Part shown: positions 37,597-42,813 of the stretch, piece by piece
How the letters are laid out: each line of letters opens with the position of its first letter
How positions within the stretch are numbered: the first letter of the stretch is position 1
Source of the DNA: Craspedostauros australis
Taxonomy: Eukaryota
DNA: 42,813 nt
Assembly (NCBI GenBank): GCA_030167865.1
Contig: JALAGF010005306.1
Span: 1 to 42,813 of the forward strand
Direction: 5' to 3'
Translations under genes and position numbers: made by a program
The notes under the pieces: generated by a model
Seen by the model: the letters and a program-made list of their open reading frames with translations, nothing else
Told to the model about the DNA's origin: nothing
Databases searched by the model: none

Positions 37597-38513
37597 ATGA
37601 ACAAAGACTATGAGAATGACGCCGGCGCACCGTTGCCCGACCTCTCCGCGCGCAACATCTCGTTGGACACCATCGCACCAGCCCTCGGAGTGCAATCCAG
37701 CGCCAAGCAGCCCGATTATCTGGATTACGACCAGAAGGGACGCGGTCTGGTGGTCACCATGTTTGCCAATGCTGGCGTTGCCTACCTCATGGGAATATCG
37801 GGCGGCGGCGTATACGGTTTCCGACAGGGTCTGGTCTCGACGCCATCCACGAAGCTCCGCGTGCGGTTGAATTCGGTGCTGAATGGAATGAGCAACTTTG
37901 GCAGCAAGGCAGGCAACACGCTTGGCGTCTTCGCCGTCATGTACTCCGTGTACGAAACCATCGGAGATCAGGTGAGTCGAGGGTTTCAGTTTGTTCGGTT
38001 GCGGCTGCGGCTACTTGATCCATTGGTCGGTTGGTCGGTCGGTTGGTTGGTTGCGTGAATGATAAAGAATGGAGGATGCGATATGCTGCATGTGGCATGT
38101 GGTAGGCGGGATCGAAGGCGCCGGAGCTGCAGGTACATCTCAAATAGATGAATGCGATGCCATCGGGCATGGAAGTATCACGAGCAAGGTTTCGATCGTC
38201 ACGTACTAATTTTACATGCATGTCCTTCCTCGATACTCTCTCGTACTTTCTCCTCCAATCGACTCCCAACAATAACGACAACAACAATCGAATGAAAACA
38301 CAATGGCAGCTCGAGCTGGATCGGCGCACTGGCATTGACGCGATATCTCCTGCCTTCGGTGCTATGATGACTGGTGCTACGTACTACGCACCTGCTGGAA
38401 TTCGTGTGGCAGGACTTGCAGGAACAATAGGCTTCGGTGCGGTCGGAGCGACGTATGCTGGATACACTGCCGTGGGAAAGCCATATGGAAGCTTGGGTTT
38501 CCTCTTCTTTTAG
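37597..38513 (+). CDS. TIM23: Mitochondrial inner-membrane translocase subunit Tim23; exons 37597-37971 and 38310-38513, about 192 aa
   Basis: Motifs GVAYLMGISGGGVYG, KLRVRLNSVLNG and GNTLGVFAVMYS, plus C-terminal Gly-rich TM segments. Intron GTGAGT...GCAG at 37972-38309, phase 0. Confidence 0.88.
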
Positions 38514-38706
38514 AGTCGATGATGGCGCATCAATTGGTATTGTAGCAAACAATAGCAGTGTCATACTTGTTCGTACTCATGCAACAACCAAACAAAATCA
38601 TATGGACAACATGTCAGGGATGGGCTTGTGCAATATGTACTCTATCAATACTCTCTTTCAAGATCCAGCAGTAAACTGTGTGTTTCAAAATTGGTCCTGT
38701 GGTTCT

Positions 38707-38712
<6 letters not shown>

Positions 38713-38744
<32 letters not shown>
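38713..38744. repeat. (CT)n microsatellite between the convergent TIM23 and ankyrin 3' ends
   Basis: Uninterrupted TC run of about 16 units. Confidence 0.9.
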
Positions 38745-38748
<4 letters not shown>

Positions 38749-38798
38749 ATGGCTTTCCTTGGTTCTGCAAAGTACGCCAGCGCAAGGGAGCCGTCACA

Positions 38799-39775
38799 TC
38801 ACAGCTCCGGTTCGGCATCACTTGCTGACTTCTCCCCAGCAACTATCGCTGCGTACGGCTTGGCTCCTGCGTCTTGTAGCACCTGGACGATCGTTTGGAA
38901 CCGCACGTCATCAGACTCGTTCTGCACCAGCTGCAAGGCGATATCCATGGCCGTCACCTTTTGCTGCCTGTTCATGGCATCGAAGTCCAAGTTGACGTCG
39001 GCCCCGTACTTTAACAGCATCTTGATGTTGTCGACATGGCCACCGTAGACGTTCCAGCTCAGCGGGTGCATCCTCAACCCCTGTGCAGAGTCAGCGAATT
39101 ATCGTGGAGTATAGTAGAGCAGTGTGTATGGTATGGCACACGCGTGAAAGGATACTTGACACTGTGAGTTGTCTGGCGTAAAGATGTTGCGTAGGTACAA
39201 GCTAGAGGACTGCGGGAACCAAAGCTCTGCAAACACTACCGCGCCTCGAGACGAGCACGAGCATGAACACGAGCATCAATGGTAATGGCAATGGCAATGT
39301 CATCCACAGATGTCTGTAACGACGTTCCACGTAAATAGCTCGAGGAGGACAAAGACTCTCCTCATCTCCACTTGTCTGAACAGCCACAAAACACACATAC
39401 CTCGGAGAAAGTCGATCGGATGTTCGGATCGGCACCTTTTTGCAGAAGCAATTCTGTAACATCCGCCGCACCAAAGATCCCCGCCAAGTGCAAGCAATGT
39501 TCCCCGTTGGGCGTCGTCAACGTGATCCAATCCGGATTGCTCTCCAATGCTGCCTGAACCTTGGAAAGCTCGCCACTGCTGCATTGATGAAAGAATAGAT
39601 CGGTCGCGGCATGCTGTGAATTCTCGACGATCTCTTCAGCGCACACCAGCTCCGACACTGCGACGCAGAAGATGACCAGCGCGATCTGGAAAATCCATGT
39701 GCAGACGAGGTCCACGCGGTCGTTTGGTTTGCGGGGTGGTAGTCGTTCGCCGATGAGCATTGCGAGGAGGAACAT
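38799..39775 (-). CDS. Ankyrin-repeat protein with an N-terminal hydrophobic segment and a C-terminal -EPEL; exons 39775-39401 and 39080-38799, about 218 aa
   Basis: Ankyrin motifs GEHCLHLA...LLLQKGADPN and HPLSWNVYGGH...MLLKYGADVN...TAMDIA. Intron GTATGT...CAG at 39400-39081, phase 0. Confidence 0.85.
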
Positions 39776-40599
39776 GGTGCGATGTGACTTGTGCTGATGG
39801 CGATTGTTTTTGCTTGTTGCTTGTTGATGTTGTTAATTGATCGCAGAGCAGTAGTTGTGGTTGGGATGGCGACTCTGTTTGAGATGATGTCGAATGCGAT
39901 GAATGAGAACAAATTGTGCGCAACCAGCGAAGATCTTTGTGGTGCTTCTGTTGTGATGGTGATGGTACGACTACGTATGATTGGTCTGCGATGATCGTCC
40001 TTTCGATTGCGGAGGTCCATTTCACTCTCGAACGAATTCAACGAATTGAGTATTCGGCGGAAGCAGCTTCGGCAAGTGGGATCTTTGCAGTTGTCGACGA
40101 ATGACGGCGACAGTTGCGATGATGAAGATGGTGCCACCAAGGTTCGGGATGGGTGGCGACCATGTTGGTGGTCACATCACCACCAACCCACCACGGATCA
40201 CAAATTTTGTGACACAAATTCAGCGAAGGTATCCAAACAACCGAAACAAATTTGGCAACGGACAACAAGGAGAAGGGCATTCAATAGCTTCAATCCGGAT
40301 CGACTTCGGAACCCACATCGGGACGGGTCCATGACAGGATCGATGTCCAAGGAGTGTTCACATGCTTGTCCCACGAAGAGAGAAGCCGAGAGACATCTGG
40401 GCAAAGACCACCGCTGGTGCTCGTTTGCGGCGCATAGTCCATGTCCTGTTTTGAGACAAGCACATTCTGCTCTAGACAGAGAGACTCTGTAGAATGCAAT
40501 TAGCATTGCGGTTTGTCGAAAGCATCGGTTCCTTGCTGACAATGATGCTATGCGCCATGCTTGCATTCTACCACCCTTGTTTCAGAGCCGCTGCCCTCA

Positions 40600-41500
40600 T
40601 GGATTTAAGACCCGGTTACTCTAGGAAGCGTGCATCTGAGCCGTAATGACTTTTATGACCTATCTGAAACTTTGCACACAGATAGAACTATAGGTGGAGG
40701 GCTACTGTGTGAAATATTGCCCCCCCTACGAGCATTATTAGAGTAGATATTTAAGTTTTTAATTTTGGACTATACCAAGACTATTGACGTACCGCATGAC
40801 AGACGGCACTTTTACACCCATTTTGCTTCCCGATATGGGGCTAAATTGGGCCTATTGTCGGATTTTTACGAAATAGACAAGCCTGAAGCTAATAGTTGAA
40901 TTGATGTCATTGGGGTGTGTTTGGGAATCTCGTCCGCACATCTACAATTGCAAAACCTGAAGCTACACTTTTGTCATTCGCCTTGCCGGCTTCCAGAACA
41001 GTCGTCGCTCATTGTTTGACTTCCAACGATTCGGTGGGACGATGCCTTCAGCTTCACTGGACAAACTCGCGTCAGTGGCCCTGCGGCCTGTTGCAGCAGT
41101 GAAGTGGATACAATACACCCCTTGAGATGCTATTCACCAACCTTGCTCCCTGCAGGTAGCTGTCCTAACTCAAACAAAATCCCCCTGTCTCTGACCCTCA
41201 CCTGCCTGTGGTCGAACCTGCAAACCGTATCAATGCCGGACCGCGACAATTTATCCACTTTCGGCATGTTCCTGTCTTATTTGATGCCATCAATTACTTC
41301 AACCCTGAAGTTCTTTAATGCTCCCTTGGTGTTGGAGTTGGAGCAGCTCATGGTATTTGGTATAACTTCTAGTATTTCATATCGAAGGTTGCCACAAGCG
41401 CGCTGTTTGTGGAGATTCGAATTTCGTTCAGTTTGAATGTTTCGCTTCGTCACGGTCTGATACCGGTTTTGACATGTCTCTGCGTCGCCGGATGTATCTA
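40600..41500. other. Compositionally atypical, lower-GC non-genic segment; possible degenerate transposon relic
   Basis: About 41% GC over 40681-40920 by hand count, against visibly GC-richer flanking genes. It lacks the simple-repeat texture of the other intergenic DNA and holds only short broken ORFs. No TIR pair or transposase motif was confirmed. Confidence 0.3.
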
Positions 41501-42278
41501 TTTGTTTCGAATATAACGCTCACAGCCAAGTTCTCAGTTAGAATCTGTCGATTTCATCGCAAAGTGACGTCAGCAATGTCAATCGGACAATGATGCCAAC
41601 GTAGAATAGCCAATCAAATCACTTGTTTTGCTGTGGTCGTCATCCGGACACGTGACCAGACGATACACCTGCAACCTAATCCATACCAACAAAGCGGTCC
41701 AAGGCTCCATTTCGGTGCGTCTCACTTGCGCGAACCTGAACGCAATAACGAATAGTGTCACGATAGCACTCTCGAGTGCTATCAGTTTGCCGAGTGAGCG
41801 AGGTGAAGTAGTACGCCTGTCCAATCCATCCCCCTTGTGGGATTCTGTGCCCAGGTCTTGCTCATACTCGTATTATACAGCCGTGATATGTCTCATCTTC
41901 GTCCTCAAAACACGAGGGAGTTGGCACGAATAAGTGAGCATCACATTCATCACAGGAATGGCCGGAGCATCGCTCTGTTGCGGAGGAAGAGTACAACGAC
42001 GAGTATAACTACAAGAAAAACAATACTTAGCTCTTGGGAGGGAAGTATGCTATGAATCTGAGTGATTGGTATTGTTGGCACTGTTCGCATGCCCAGGATT
42101 GCTTGGCAAAATACTACTATTAACAGCCTCAACGCTGAATCCACTGAACGGGTTGTCATGTCGCCCGTAGCCGCACCTTCGGGACACTGGCCGGATCGGT
42201 CGTCCTCGCGGATCTCTCTGAAGCAGTGCACCACTACTTTCGATGCAGAGTACTCTACATCGCTTGTATAGCTCGTGC

Positions 42279-42812
42279 CTACGGCCACGCTGCGTGGCGT
42301 TCCAGAATCAATCGCGAGAGCTCCAGTTTCTCAGCCTCTACGTCTGTAGCGCACGGCGTTAACGTCCAGAGTTCGAGATTGACGATTTCGAACTTGGTTC
42401 CGTTGGTGCGCTCCTTCGACAGCGATGGGCTGTTGAATGCCATGCACGGAGACGTCGTCCCATCGAGCAGATCATCTCCTTCGATGACCAAACCAAATCC
42501 CCAGTTTGGCTGTCGCCTTTGTTTCTGTGCGTAATCACTGTTGTCATTGCTGGTGTTGGTGTTGAGGCCACTGCTACCCGTCGCTGGACCACCAATGGTG
42601 TCCAGGTGGGTTGATGTGTAGTTGGTGGCCGTGTGTGGATATTCCTCCTTCTTTTCGCCTGCTTCTTGTCCGCCATCGTCATCGTCGTAGAAGTTGTGAG
42701 AAGAGGAGGAGGATGGAACGGTGGGAATGGGCATGGGGCCGGTGCTATCGGCAGGGGTGCCCCATCCAACCGCAAGTCGATCGCTCGTGCAGAGCTGGAT
42801 GTAGTCGTTGGC
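42279..42812 (-). CDS. C-terminal part of a TLDc-domain (OXR1/NCOA7-like) protein; 5' part lies beyond the window
   Basis: The frame is open from the window edge: ANDYIQLCTSDRLAVG...WGFGLVIEGDDLLDGTTSPCMAFNSPSLS...FEIVNLELWTL, typical TLDc C-terminal motifs. Confidence 0.85.
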   Translation of the reverse strand, partial: ANDYIQLCTSDRLAVGWGTPADSTGPMPIPTVPSSSSSHNFYDDDDGGQEAGEKKEEYPHTATNYTSTHLDTIGGPATGSSGLNTNTSNDNSDYAQKQRRQPNWGFGLVIEGDDLLDGTTSPCMAFNSPSLSKERTNGTKFEIVNLELWTLTPCATDVEAEKLELSRLILERHAAWP

Positions 42813-42813
42813 A

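Noticed and set aside
40600..40920. Possible diatom-type AT-rich centromere
   Set aside because: Too short and only moderately AT-rich (about 41% GC) compared with the kilobase-scale low-GC centromeres described in Phaeodactylum.

Overview
Gene-dense eukaryotic nuclear DNA, most likely from a diatom or a close stramenopile relative. The evidence is signal-peptide-plus-F/Y (ASAF-type) plastid presequences, a stramenopile-type ubiquitin sequence and GT-AG introns; the species cannot be named from sequence alone. I reconstruct 16 protein genes (15 complete, 1 cut by the window edge) and 12 frame-consistent spliceosomal introns. In order: plastid-type RRM protein, penta-ubiquitin, GLUT-type sugar porter, a hypothetical protein, exportin-5, YeeZ-like extended SDR, plastid ClpR, TPR/Mlp1 nuclear-basket protein, glutaredoxin-like protein, COQ2, SAM-methyltransferase-like protein with two CCHC knuckles, TrhO/TSTD2 rhodanese protein, 2OG-Fe(II) oxygenase, TIM23, an ankyrin protein, and the 3' end of a TLDc protein. 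I found no rRNA, tRNA, CRISPR array or intact transposon. It is mostly housekeeping DNA and I cannot demonstrate a new multi-gene system. The best leads are: a methyltransferase-zinc-knuckle gene head-to-head with a TrhO-like gene, a TPR/Mlp1 with an FG-repeat tail, a dileucine mini-exon on the sugar porter, uniformly long introns with a cluster near 400 nt, and an unexplained lower-GC segment at about 40.6-42.2 kb.
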